64,000 nucleotides of DNA, taken from Octopus vulgaris (taxonomy: Eukaryota). A program made the translations under genes and the position numbers. Position 1 is the first letter of the stretch; each line of letters begins with the position of its first letter. This document shows, one piece after another, positions 1-12,799 of the stretch. The stretch is taken from the NCBI GenBank assembly GCA_951406725.2, contig OX597838.1:3782001-3846000 (forward strand), given 5' to 3'. The notes below the pieces were generated by a model, which saw only the letters and a program-made list of their open reading frames with translations, did no database searches and was not told where the DNA came from.

Positions 1-252
1 ACCAGCATCGGTTGTCAAGCAATGCTAGGGGGACAAATACAGACACACAAACATACACGCACACACATACATATATATATACATATATACGACAGGCTTC
101 TTTTAGTTTCCGTCTACCAAATCCACTCACAAGGCATTGGTCGGCCCGGGGCCATAGCAGAAGACACTTGCCCAAGATGCCACGCAGTGGGACTGAACCC
201 GGAACCATGTGGTTGGTAAGCAAGCTACTTACCACGCAGCCACTCCTGCGCC
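1..252 (-). mobile_element. tRNA-derived SINE, family A (5' part; runs off the window edge)
   Basis: Minus strand begins GGCGCAGGAGTGGCTGCGTGGTAAG (A-box-like) ... GGTTCAGTCCC (B-box-like) and matches the copies at 11599 and 20678. Confidence 0.9.
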
Positions 253-757
<505 letters not shown>

Positions 758-799
758 TTAATCACATATGTTTCGTATATTTCGTGTATGTATGTATTT

Positions 800-961
800 G
801 TTTGTCTGTGTTTGTTCCCCACCATCGCTTGATAACCGATGTTGGTGTATTTGCATCCCCGTAATAGCGGTTTGGTAAAAGAGACCAACAGAATCGGAAC
901 TAGGTTTACAAAGAATAAGTCCTGGGGTCGATTTGTTCGACTAAAGGCTGTGCTCTAGCAT
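800..961 (+). mobile_element. SINE family A, 3' half
   Basis: Matches 11835-12000 (acaaagaataagtcc...gtcgatttg...gactaaaggc). Confidence 0.8.
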
Positions 962-962
962 A

Positions 963-1218
963 CTCCCGCGATAGATGAAAATCCGCGAAGTAGAAACAGT
1001 ACACTACTGTATTTTTTTTAACATTATTTTTATAATTTGCATATATTTATTTTATTATGAATGCAAAACAACACTACGAAGGAATCGGCGTAAACTTAAA
1101 CGATAGGTGAACCGCGATAGATGAACCGCGATAGATGAACCACGATACGTGAACCGCGATATATGAACCACGATAGGTAAACCGAGAAGATGGCTCGCGA
1201 TATAGCGAGGGATTACTG
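963..1218. mobile_element. Tigger/pogo-like MITE, left end missing, with internal 15-bp tandem repeats
   Basis: Homologous to 37675-37897. Ends ...gcgagggattactg followed by TA. About six copies of gaaccgcgatagat at 1100-1190. Confidence 0.7.
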
Positions 1219-1223
1219 TATAC

Positions 1224-1813
1224 ATGTGTGTGTGTGCGTGTGCGTGTGTGTGTGTGTGCGTGTGTGCGTGTGTGTGCGTGTGTGTGTCTGTGTGTGTGCG
1301 TACGTGTGTGTGTGTGTGTGTGCGTGCGTGTGTGTGTGTGTGTGTGCGTGCGTGTGTGTGTGAGTGTGTGTGTCTGTGTGTGTGTGCGTGTGTGTGTGTG
1401 CGTGCGTGTGTATGTGCGTGTGTGTGTGTGTGCGTGTGTGTGTGTCTGTGTGCGTGCGTGTGTGTGTGTGTGTGTGTGCACGTGTGTGTGTGTGTGCACG
1501 TGTGTGTGTGTGTAGATACATGTATATCCGTATGAATATATTTATGCATGTGTGTGTGCGTGGTTCTACATATGAACGTATGGCGCACTTTTGCATATTT
1601 TTCTACGAATTTCACGCTGACGTTTTTATTGATGGTCTTGTTGTTGTTGTTGTTGTTGTTGTTGCTGCTGTTGTTGCTGTCGTTTCGAGTGTTGTGCATG
1701 TCTATGCGCGCCCATTTACTCATTGAGGTTTGTGTATGTGAATGTATGCGTATAAGTGTGTATGTGTGTGTATTTGCATATTCGTGTATGGATGTATATA
1801 TATGTCGGTGTGT

Positions 1814-1896
<83 letters not shown>

Positions 1897-1914
1897 TGTG
1901 TGTGTGTATGGATG

Positions 1915-1947
<33 letters not shown>

Positions 1948-2003
1948 CTGTGTGTGTGTGTGTGTGTGTTTGTGTGTCTATGTGTGTCTGTGTGTGTGTG
2001 TGT
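1224..2003. repeat. Compound (GT)n/(GTT)n microsatellite block
   Basis: Directly visible; explains the overlapping HT/CV ORFs. Confidence 0.95.
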
Positions 2004-2149
2004 CCGCAGTCTTGACATTCGGTCATACCGTCATCCGTGGACCCATCCATCACAATTGGTAGCGAGGTGGTAGGAGGGAGTGGAGCATGAACAGTGGTAG
2101 GAGGAGAATAAGAAGAAGGGTAACACGAAACGTAAATGTTGAAGGACAG

Positions 2150-2703
<554 letters not shown>

Positions 2704-3564
2704 CGTTGAGGTAGTGAGTAGTTTGTAGGCTGGTTGGCTGGTTCGTCGGTAGATATATGTGAGCCGGCGCAATTCGAAGACCCTCCCTCCATGCCACTCT
2801 CTCTCATTCTCTCTGTCTCCCTATTCTCACACCTTGTTGACCTCCATAACGAATGCACCAGTAAATCCATTTCTAATTACCATTGACCGATATTTTGGTC
2901 GCCATATTTGTTAGGTTGTTTTTGTCATATATATATATATATTTGTTTTTTATATTTTTGTGTTGTTTGACGAGGCATCGGTGATGGGGGGGGGCTGAAG
3001 TGGGGGTGGGGGTAAGAGACACGAAGGGGCCGGGGTCGGAACGTCGGCGGGGGGGTGGGGATTTTGTAGTGGACGTCTTCACTGTTGTCTCACCGTCAAC
3101 GTCACAGAGGCACATTACATTGCGTGGTGCGGTGAGGGGTGACATGGCGTGGCGGGTTTTGATGGGTGCAGGGTAGAGGTGATGGAGGTGGTGGTGGTGG
3201 TGGTGGTGGCGGAGGGAAATCCCTGATAGTGTTGATGTTAAAAAGGATAGTGGTGGTGGCGGTGATTGTGGTGGTGTCGGTGGCGGTGGTACGTTAATGG
3301 TGGTGGCGGTATGGTCATAGTGGTGGTAGGGCGATGTTTTATGAAAGTATGTTACCAAATCTTTTACTTAATACAGTCATTGAACTGTGGTCATGCTGGG
3401 GCATGGCCTTGGAGGGATTTACTTGAATTTATTTTCTATACTATCAGTCTCATTGGCCGAACCGCCAAGTAATGAGAGCGTAAACAAACCAACACAGCAC
3501 AAACTACACAGACTCATACACACACTCATACACACATACATATATATATATACGGGCGTGTGAA

Positions 3565-3608
<44 letters not shown>

Positions 3609-3736
3609 CATACACACACACACACAAAATTAAGAGGAATGACCACTAAAGTGGACACCTAATATGCTAAACATAGACGTCAAATCGCCATTACCACGTA
3701 GAATGTGTTCTCAAAAAAATCTCAGCAAATATACAT

Positions 3737-3813
<77 letters not shown>

Positions 3814-4031
3814 GTATATATATATTTATAAAAGAGAAGTTTGAAAACGCCACTATATAAGATAGATTTTAATATTATTTCTCACGAGTCACAACAGAGT
3901 CCACGTAGTGGTGTTTTGTGTGTGGGAACATAATGGCTGTTTTGTACGTTGACTAGAATCGTTGGCTGTAATAGTGAAAGTGAAAGAGATCCTTAAATTA
4001 TGTCTCTTTCATATATATATATATATATATA

Positions 4032-4436
4032 CTAGCAGTATCGCCCGGCGTTGCTCGGGTTTGTAAGGGAAATAACTATATAAGCATTTTTAGAGAGTTA
4101 TAGCCAAAAAAATAGCAAAAAAATGCATCAAAAATGGAAAAAAATTATGGTATTTTTTTTTAAATCGTTGACTCATCGTAGAGAGTTACTAGAGAGTTTT
4201 TAGAGAGTTACTTCCCTTATATAATAGCGAAAAAATGCATTAAAATGGAAAATAAATGATTGTAATTTATTTTTAAATCGTAGACTCATCGTAGACGCGC
4301 GCTAATACCCAGAAGGGCTCGATATGAATCACGACTATAAGATACCCGCTTTTGGTTAAACTGCACCGCAAAATGTGGGAGTAGTTAGGAATCTAAATCG
4401 TAGGAGACAGACACACAACCTTACTTTTATATATAT
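4032..4436 (-). mobile_element. Non-autonomous Helitron-like element in (TA)n
   Basis: The minus-strand 3' end has hairpin CCCGAGCAACGCCGGG (4044-4059) shortly before a terminal CTAG followed by T. Contains an internal ~110-bp diverged duplication. The 5' end merges into (TA)n. Confidence 0.75.
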
Positions 4437-4540
4437 ATATATATAACAGGCATAATGTAAGGAACTCTTTTAGTTGTGCAGCCAATAGTAAGAAAAAATT
4501 ACTTAGCACTCCTAAACCACGGACAGAGGCAGGTGGTTCA

Positions 4541-4985
4541 TGCAGGATTAGAAATGAATGCCCTGTGGACGGCCGATGTAACAGCGAGGACACAGTGTAC
4601 CAAGCAAAGGTAGCCTCAAACAGGAGCAACACAAATATCAGTAGCATCAATGTCAACACACTAAAATTTATGTCGGATCTTGTGAATCCAAATTCAAAAT
4701 TCGCCTGAACAACCACAGATCTTCTTTCAGAGTCCTGGAGAGACACAACACAACGACACTCGCAGCATACGTATGGCGCCTAAAGGACGATCATACGCCA
4801 TTTAGCATCAGGTGGAAGTAACTAGAAACTTGTGGACCCTATCGCAATGGAACAAGACTATGTAAATTGTGCATGGCAGAAAAATATATTATCATCATGA
4901 ACTCACATGAGCCAGGAGGCTTCTGAACTCCAGGACGGAAGCCGTGGGGAGTTGTTCACATTTTCGGAAATTTTTCTTCAAAATA
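4541..4985 (+). pseudogene. Penelope-like element C-terminal Cys-rich linker plus GIY-YIG endonuclease (Neptune/Naiad-type), frameshifted
   Basis: Hand translation: CRIRNECPVDGRCNSEDTVYQAKV / (frameshift) YVGSCESKFKIRLNNHRSSF...LAAYVWRLKD..PFSIRWK*LETCGPYRNGTRLCKLCMAEKYII / (frameshift) LLNSRTEAVGSCSH. The element (about 4445-5268) sits between (TA)n runs. Confidence 0.85.
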
Positions 4986-5264
4986 GGAAAACTTATCAAG
5001 CGAAGGAAGACAACTCGCCTGGCCATAAGTTTTTCAGAGGGATATTTCTTCAACTATCACCGGCGTTCTTGTGTTTTTTAAAAAATATTCTTTGCAGAGA
5101 ACAGTTATCGTTTAGGGAAACTAAAGATATGTTTAGTTTACGCTAAATATGAAAGAAATGGGTTTTTTCTTCTAAAACTTTTACTTTACATATACAGAAA
5201 TAAATAACTTCTCCATATTTTATAGGGTTTGCTCTTTTTCTGATTTTCTGATCTTATAACGAAG

Positions 5265-5368
<104 letters not shown>

Positions 5369-5369
5369 G

Positions 5370-5404
<35 letters not shown>

Positions 5405-5406
5405 GC

Positions 5407-5481
<75 letters not shown>

Positions 5482-5846
5482 GAGTAATAAATAAATAGAT
5501 AGACAGACAAACCGAATAATCCAAAGCAGTGCGTATGTACGAGAGATAAAAGCACACGCTCCTCTCTTTACCGAAATCATATCAGCGTGAAAATCCAATA
5601 AATGAATGGAGTTTGATATCGTTGACGAGACTTGTATCTCTTATCAGATACGACGCTTTCTAAATTTGGAACAAGGCACCAACACCGGTAGATTGATAGG
5701 GAAAGAGGGAGATAACGAAGATAAGATTAGGTGACGTTCATACATTTCTAATAACCATTATCAAACCAAATGAAGAGATATAGGTTAGTTTAGCGTTAAT
5801 ATATTTCATACATATGGCAATATGGCATATAATGTTTGTATGCGTT

Positions 5847-5904
<58 letters not shown>

Positions 5905-5952
5905 AAGACATATGCTTTTATATACATGCTTTTATGTGTGCAGGTATGTATG

Positions 5953-6907
5953 TCATTATTCAGTTTTTATTTCAAGATTTCTTGCCAATAGAAAAATAAC
6001 CGGTTTCTAACCAAGATCCAAGGCTCCTTCATTGGAATTTCAACATCAACAACAGGGCATTTTTGTATGTATGTATGTAAGTATGTATGTATGTATTCTT
6101 ATGCATATAGTTGCATATCTAGACAAGCTTATATGTATTTAAATGATAAATTTTTGGAAAGTTTTACAGATTTTTACAGCTCCAGTGAATGATTGGATCT
6201 GTAGTCTTCTGGTTTTGAGAAGCCTAATTTCTCAAGTTTAGTATTTAGGCTGCGTGTTACATATCCCAGAGCTCCAATTATTAGAGGATAAACCTGAACT
6301 TGTAATCTGGATAGAGTAACTGTAGATTTCTCAATAGTTCAGCATTAGGTCTTCTCTTTTCCCCTGATTTTCAGCTTTATGTTAACATCTGCTGGGCAGC
6401 TAATTTTCACAACTGTGCACAGTTTCTCTTCTCCATCCCAAATCATTATATCAGGTCTGTTGTGCTTACATTTTATTGAGGTCTTCACTGATATATTCCA
6501 CCAGTATTCCTTTTTATTATGAGTAGGAATGGCTTCTACCATATTGTGGGTTCTTATTACTGTGTCCTCGGGATTATCCTTCCGACGGATTTCATTATAG
6601 AGTGTCCTAGCTACAACATCATGTCTCATCGATATATATATTACCGCGATGACATTTTCGGACAACTGCTTATAATGTGGGTGATATCTTGAGTGTGAAC
6701 TTCACAAAGTCTGCACCGGTTGTCACATTTTGCTGCTTTTCCTGCATCTCTATCCCTTTTGTGCATCAGGTACCGGTTGATATTTCCTGTTCCTGGTTTG
6801 CAAACGCATACCCTTCAAAGTAGGGGGTAGTAATCTGGCTTTTGGTCCATGATAAACTGCTTTGATGATCGATGTTGCTATCATCACGGAGCTTTCTACT
6901 AACATAT

Positions 6908-6910
<3 letters not shown>
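5953..6910 (-). mobile_element. 5'-truncated RLE-type non-LTR retrotransposon (R4-like), 3' UTR ending at (TACA)n
   Basis: Minus strand gives CRLC...ITHIISSC zinc knuckle, RHD, then HNRPDIMIWD...VVKISCP (ORF 6345-6665). The 3' UTR is shared with 10400-10625. Confidence 0.85.
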
Positions 6911-6958
<48 letters not shown>

Positions 6959-7328
6959 ATATTACTTGTTTCTCAACTAGAGTTTTAAATACTCCAAGAC
7001 GGTGTTATCCATTCGGTATCGATAAATAACGAAATCAAATGCCCCAAAACCGTTTCTTCATCTGCCTACGACACGAAACGAACTCATATCATCTTTGTCG
7101 ACTGTCTCCTCGATCTACACATCTTCTTAATGTTCACTCTACAAGTCAACAATTCTTCATAAGAACGGCGGGGGAGGGGGTAGTTATACGAGTCCAACCA
7201 GTTTTTATTTATTTATTTATTTATTTATTTATTTCGGACTTCCAGCATCTTGACTTCAGCGAAAAGAAAAACACACTTGTGGGTCTCTGACACCACCATA
7301 TTTGTTTACATAATTGGCTTGAAACCCT

Positions 7329-7346
7329 CAGCGCCACCTAGTCGTC
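7329..7346 (-). promoter_or_regulatory. Candidate CTCF site
   Basis: Minus strand GACGACTAGGTGGCGCTG is close to the CTCF core CCASYAGRKGGCRS. Motif match only. Confidence 0.35.
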
Positions 7347-7445
7347 AACAACTCAGCTGAAGTAGTTATTTGAAGGTCAACAGAAAGCAGGAAGATATTT
7401 CCACCGAACAACGACGCAATAACTCATACTTAATACTGATACTTA

Positions 7446-7527
<82 letters not shown>

Positions 7528-7754
7528 CAACAACAACAATAATAATAATCACTGCAGCTCGAGTTCTCTTCCCACTTGAGATTAGCTTTTAATTTCTGTT
7601 TCGTTTCACACCGAGTTGGCTGTAATACAACCACCAGCCTCAGACTCAGTTGAAAACATGTTTTTGTAATTTCCCCCTCTCTCTCTTTCTCTCTTACACA
7701 CACACAGAGACACACACACAGACACTTTCCTCTCTCTCTCTATTTTCCTGGTTG

Positions 7755-8080
7755 ATTGGTTAGAATCGTTAAGGACCCCGGGAGAAACGCTTTGTGGTTC
7801 GAATCCAGCCGAAGACATCTTTGAGTCTAATCCCTTCAGCGTCGATAAAAATAAAGTACCAATCAAAAACTGAGGCTTGATGGTATTGACCAAACCCCTC
7901 CCCTCAAAATTACGAGCCTTGTGCTAGAATTAAAAACCATTACAAAGGTGGTGTCGTCTGCCTTTACTTTCCGGGTTCAAGTTCACCTGAGGTCAAATTT
8001 GCCTTTCATTCTGGGGTCGATGTAATTAACTAGACCCCTTCACACAAAATTCCAGGCTTTGTGCCTCTATTAGAAGGGAT
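7755..8080 (+). mobile_element. Two degenerate SINE family B copies in tandem
   Basis: ggttcgaatcc and gggttcaagttc B-boxes, gtcgataaaaataaagtacc core, and a ccttgtgc(c)tag-type tail. Confidence 0.65.
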
Positions 8081-8243
8081 TCTTATTATCATTATCATTA
8101 TCAGCAGCAGCATACTTATTATTATCATCATCAGCGTTATCATTATTATTATCAGTATTATTATTATTATTGAGTGAGAGAGCAGTGCATGCCATCAAAG
8201 TGACACTGGGGTAAAATATACGATGTATTATTATTATTATTAT

Positions 8244-8281
<38 letters not shown>

Positions 8282-8334
8282 TGTATGTATGTATGTATGT
8301 ATGTATGTATGTATGTATGTATGTATGAATTGAT

Positions 8335-8755
8335 AGGATTTCGGTTTGACTTGAGGGATATTCTCTCAGGCCCCCAGACACATAAACGGTGACAGTCATC
8401 AAAAAAGTCGCCATTTTATTTAGTTTTTTAGGAAAGATATTTAAATGTCTTTTGTTTTTAGTAGGAAATAAACCGACTCTGCAAAGCATTTTCAAGAAAT
8501 AACGCCGGATTATTTCAGTGTTGGGACACAGAGGTATTAAGATGATATCAGGTTGAAAGGAAACGACCATCATTAGACGGATTAAGCTTGATTACTATCG
8601 AGATATTCAAAAATCTACTTTAAATTAAAAAGAAGAAAAAAAACGAGAGGAAATTTTACAGTTCTTATTTTTAGAAAATACACAAAATCACAGAGAGAGA
8701 GAGAGATAAGCAGATAGACTGACTGACTGAGTGACTTATTGATATATAAATAGAT
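8335..8755 (-). mobile_element. Old non-autonomous Helitron-like repeat
   Basis: 8390-8608 is homologous to 9728-9928. It ends in (GACT)n then tatataaataga, i.e. a TC start on the minus strand. Confidence 0.5.
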
Positions 8756-8759
8756 AGAT

Positions 8760-8898
8760 ATGTTTCTTTATTAGCCACACAGGGCTGCACACAGACAGGA
8801 CAAAATTACAAGGTAGAGCTTTTCTTTTGGGGGTAAAAGAAGGGGGTTTAGTTTTCGATCAAAAGGGATCGTAAATGGAAAGAAAGAGGACAAAAAAA

Positions 8899-8975
<77 letters not shown>

Positions 8976-9074
8976 CAGACAGATAGATAGATATGTTTCT
9001 TTATTAGCCACACAGGACTGCACACAGACGGGACAGATTACAAAGTAGAGCTTTTCTTTTTTGGGGAGAGAGAA
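8760..9074 (-). mobile_element. Two 3'-end fragments of one retroelement, each inserted in (GATA)n
   Basis: 8760-8899 and 8993-9074 share tgtttctttattagccacacagg. The minus strand ends ggctAATAAAgaaacat directly into (CTAT)n. Confidence 0.7.
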
Positions 9075-9106
9075 TATATATATATATATAAAGGTGGGGT
9101 AAGTTT

Positions 9107-9138
<32 letters not shown>

Positions 9139-9141
9139 TAG

Positions 9142-9178
<37 letters not shown>

Positions 9179-9934
9179 CATACATACATACATACATACA
9201 TACATACATACATACAAAGGCCGGTGGTGTCGGATAAAGGGAAGAAACCACGATCCCTCACACCTTACGAGTTATCTGCAGATCCGAAACCGCTCTGAAT
9301 ATTACAACAATGGCGGAAACATCGTTAAAACGAGATTTGATTTTCTTTCTTTTTTTTTTTTTTTGCTTTTTCTAATTATATCATCTTTTCTAAAATTTAT
9401 TGTTCGTGTGGTAAGCTACGAAAATTCTTACTTTCCCTCAATTTCCTGTAATTCAGATGGCCTCGTGGTCCCAGTAGACAAAACTGAAAATGTGTTGCCC
9501 CGAAGGATGGCGAAGGAGATACACTGAGACTGCGACTTTGACTCACGGGGGTTGCACTTCCGTTTAGCCATCTCCGGCTCGATGGCGGTGAGCAGGGATA
9601 TGGTCCGGAGGGGCCGAGAACGCCGGAGGTCTCCTGTGCCACAGACTCGATCATAAACCCGTCAGAGAGTGAATAATATATTCCCATATGACACATTTTA
9701 CCGAAATCAAAACTCCAGACGTTCAACGATGACGTTTTTAAAATAGCAGCCATTTTATTAATTTTTTTTTCTGGAAACGATATTAAGAAGTCAACCGGAA
9801 CTGCAAGCATTTTAAGGAAATGACGTCAGATTATTTCTGTGATGAAACACAAACGTATTAAGATAATACCACGCAGAAAGGAAACGACCATCATTGGAAG
9901 GATTAAAGTTGATTATTATCGAGATATTGTTGGA

Positions 9935-10080
9935 TTAACGTGGTATCTTGGGTAATTGTCTTCTGCTATACCCTCGGGCCGACCAAAGCCTTGTGAGTGG
10001 ATTTGGTAGACAGAAACTGAAGGAATCTTGTCGTATATGTATATATTTATGTGTGCCTTTGTGTCTATGTTTGTCCCCCA
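9935..10080 (+). mobile_element. SINE family A, internal fragment
   Basis: ccgaccaaagccttgtgagtggatttggtagac core. Confidence 0.8.
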
Positions 10081-10120
10081 CAAACAGATGTATTAGTATA
10101 ACGCTCGGGAAGTGAAAAAG

Positions 10121-10158
10121 TCTTTAACGTTTCGAGCCTAGGCTCCTCCACAGAAAGG
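10121..10158 (-). ncRNA. Minimal type I hammerhead (U6 variant) in a PLE-like pLTR
   Basis: Minus strand: ccttt CTGTGGA g gagc-ctag-gctc GAAA CG TT aaaga. Same family as 43432 and 44971. Confidence 0.7.
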
Positions 10159-10399
10159 AACACAGAAAGAAACAAGGAGAGAAAATAAAGTATGTGTAGT
10201 GGCTAGCGATATATCATGGCGAATGCCGGGCAGAAGGGTCACACAGGAGGGCTAGGGAGAAGGGAAGGTAATAAAGTAGTGGTGATCCCAAAACGAAGGT
10301 TTTTATGTGCGTGTGGAAGAGGGCTGGTATATACACCCACATATATATATATATATACACACATACATATATATATATATTATACATACATACAGCGCA

Positions 10400-10625
10400 C
10401 ATGTCAAGACATGCAACTATATGCACGCCTATACATGCACAAAACAAAACGTACAAATCCGCACATGCACTGACTCCAGATGCTGCACATATACACACAG
10501 ATCTGTAAAGATACCTTGTTGATGCGATTCAAGTTCCTATGAAACAGCATTGGATCTAGGTTAGAAACCGACTCTTTCTCTATTAGCAAGAAACCCGGAA
10601 AAAAAACTGAATAATAATGATGCAT
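10400..10625 (+). mobile_element. 3' UTR of the RLE LINE family seen at 5953, within (TACA)n
   Basis: Shares atgcaactatatgca and ttggatctaggttagaaaccg...gcaagaaa...aaaactgaataat. Confidence 0.7.
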
Positions 10626-10673
10626 ATACATACATACACACACACACATACATACATACATACATACATACAT

Positions 10674-10705
<32 letters not shown>

Positions 10706-10760
10706 GCGCACAGACACACACACACACATATATTTACACTTTATTTAAAAGCAGCAGAAA

Positions 10761-10821
10761 ATATAACAAAAGTTGTTGCTCAGAGTTTCACGTTGCCGTT
10801 CATCGGACGGTTTTGTTATAT
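10761..10821 (-). ncRNA. Type I hammerhead-like motif with extended stem I
   Basis: Minus strand: atataacaaaa cc gt CCGATGA acg-GCAA-cgt GAAA CTC T GAG CA ac aac ttttgttatat. 11-bp distal stem I and GNRA-capped stem II; U4 and U16.1 are both C in this copy. Confidence 0.6.
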
Positions 10822-11150
10822 AACATCTACGTGTGTGTGTGTGAGTGTGTGTGTGTGTGTGAGTGTGGTAAAAAGTTTGCTTCCCATTAACATGGTTTCG
10901 TGTTCAGCCCCACTGCGTGACACCTTGGGAAAGTAACCTCGACTACAGCCTTGGGCCGTCTAGTATGGCCACAGTCCAGTGATTCAAAAAAGTGTATGTA
11001 TTTGTTTTAACGTATCGATTGTTAGCAGATATTGATCTATTAAACATCATATGAGGCACCCTAATTGATTCTCCCAGTAGAGTGAATGTGTTGACGTCAG
11101 AGGATTATTAGTGGTGGGCATATGGAAGGTCATTGAGAGAGAGAGAGAGA

Positions 11151-11194
<44 letters not shown>

Positions 11195-11202
11195 AGAGAG
11201 AG

Positions 11203-11264
<62 letters not shown>

Positions 11265-11598
11265 TGATTCTCGTACTTTGTCTGGTATTTCACTTATGGA
11301 AACCAAAGACGCCGAAAGACAAAACCAGCCATGATGGAATTTTAATCTAAAGCAGATTTTGTGCAGTTACCGTAAAATTTTTAGTAATGCGACATTTCTT
11401 ATTATCTGATAAAGGACTTTCATAGAGAGAATTAAATTAGTTATTGATAAGCAATTGACGATGATTTCAAATCCTTGCTTACATCCGGCGTTTCGTCCGG
11501 TGTCGGTTGGAGAATGATATACGATAAGGAGTTGATAATTTCGAATCGATAGTTTGAGATAATTATGAAGTATTTGTGTGCGCCTTAGACTCGGCTTT

Positions 11599-11763
11599 GG
11601 CGCAGGTGTGGCTGTGTGGTAAGTAGCTTGCTTAACAACAACATGGTTCCGGGTTCAGTCCCACTGCGTGGCATCCTGGGCAAGTGTCTTCTACTATGGC
11701 CTCGGGCCGACCAAAGCCTTGTGAGTGGATTTGGTAGACGGAAACTGAAAGAAGCCCGTCGTA

Positions 11764-11830
<67 letters not shown>

Positions 11831-12058
11831 GTTTGTGTGTCTGTGTTTGTTCCCCCAACATCGCTTGACAATCGATGCTGGTGTGTTTATGTCCCCTTGT
11901 AACTTAGTGGTTCGGCAAAAGAAACCGATAGAATAAGTACTAGGCTTACAAAGAATAAGTCCCAGGGTCGATTTGCTCGACTAAAGGCAGTGCTCCAGCA
12001 TGGCCGCAGTCACAAGACTGAAACAAGTAAAAGAGTAAAAAGAGAGAGAGTAAAAAGT
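11599..12058 (+). mobile_element. SINE family A, full length, with internal (TA)n and (GAGTAAAA)n tail
   Basis: tRNA-like A and B boxes, conserved body, tandem tail. Confidence 0.92.
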
Positions 12059-12274
12059 CATTGCTTAAATTAAAATTATTTAATTGGACTGACTTATGAG
12101 ATGCATTCTAGAAGTTTTGAGACTTATAAGATGTATTCCAGAAGTTTTGAGACTTTTGGGAGGGCGGCAGTTACAACTCTCCTAGTAACTGCAGAGATGG
12201 TTGTAACAACATTTTGAATACATCTTACTGAACACTGCTTGTTAAGGTAATCCCAACAGATTTTCTACTCAAAG

Positions 12275-12376
12275 TAAAGCCAGCACTGATTTGATACGGC
12301 GTTTCGTATCCGAATACGTCTACAACATAACGCGTACTCGGATACGAAACGTCGTAACAAATCAGTGCTGGCTTTA
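12275..12376. repeat. 44-bp inverted repeat with 14-nt loop
   Basis: 12275-12318 pairs with 12333-12376 with 3 mismatches. Confidence 0.9.
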
Positions 12377-12500
12377 ATTTGTGTGGAAAACTTGTTGAGA
12401 TGACCTTAACAAGGGATTTAATAGTACTGCTAACACAGTATGACATGGTATTCACTTATAAAGCGTTTAATATACTTTGTAGTACTTTATGGTTGCACGT

Positions 12501-12760
12501 GGAGGCGCGTGGCTTAGTGGTTAGGGTGCCAGCATCATCATCGTAAGATTGTGGATTCGATTCCTGGACCGGACTACGCGTTGTGTTCTTGAGCAAAACA
12601 CTTCATTTCACGTTGCTCCAGTCCATTCAGCTGGCAAAAATGAGTAACACTGCGATCGACTGGCGTCCCGTCCAGCTAGGGAACACATACGCCACAGAAA
12701 CCGGGAAACCGGGCTCATGAACCTGGCTAGGCTTTAAAAGGGCGCATCTATTTATTTTTA
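12501..12760 (+). mobile_element. tRNA-derived SINE family C (V-domain-like body)
   Basis: GGAGGCGCGTGGCTTAGTGG...GATTCGATTCC, then tgcgatcgactggcgtcccgtccag. Copies at 23091 and 47929. Confidence 0.88.
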
Positions 12761-12799
12761 TTATTTACGGTTGCATCCCCCACAAGTCATTAATAAACA

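Noticed and set aside
1055-2073. His/Thr- and Cys/Val-rich ORFs
   Set aside because: (CA)n read-through open in many frames; the same applies to the IY, YLSI and MYVC ORFs throughout.
11485-11500. GGACGAAAC on the minus strand as a hammerhead half
   Set aside because: No matching CUGANGA or stems.
12501-12575. Functional tRNA genes at SINE heads (also 18997, 41026, 47929)
   Set aside because: A and B boxes are present, but there is no clean cloverleaf, and the heads continue into SINE bodies or a simple-repeat tail.
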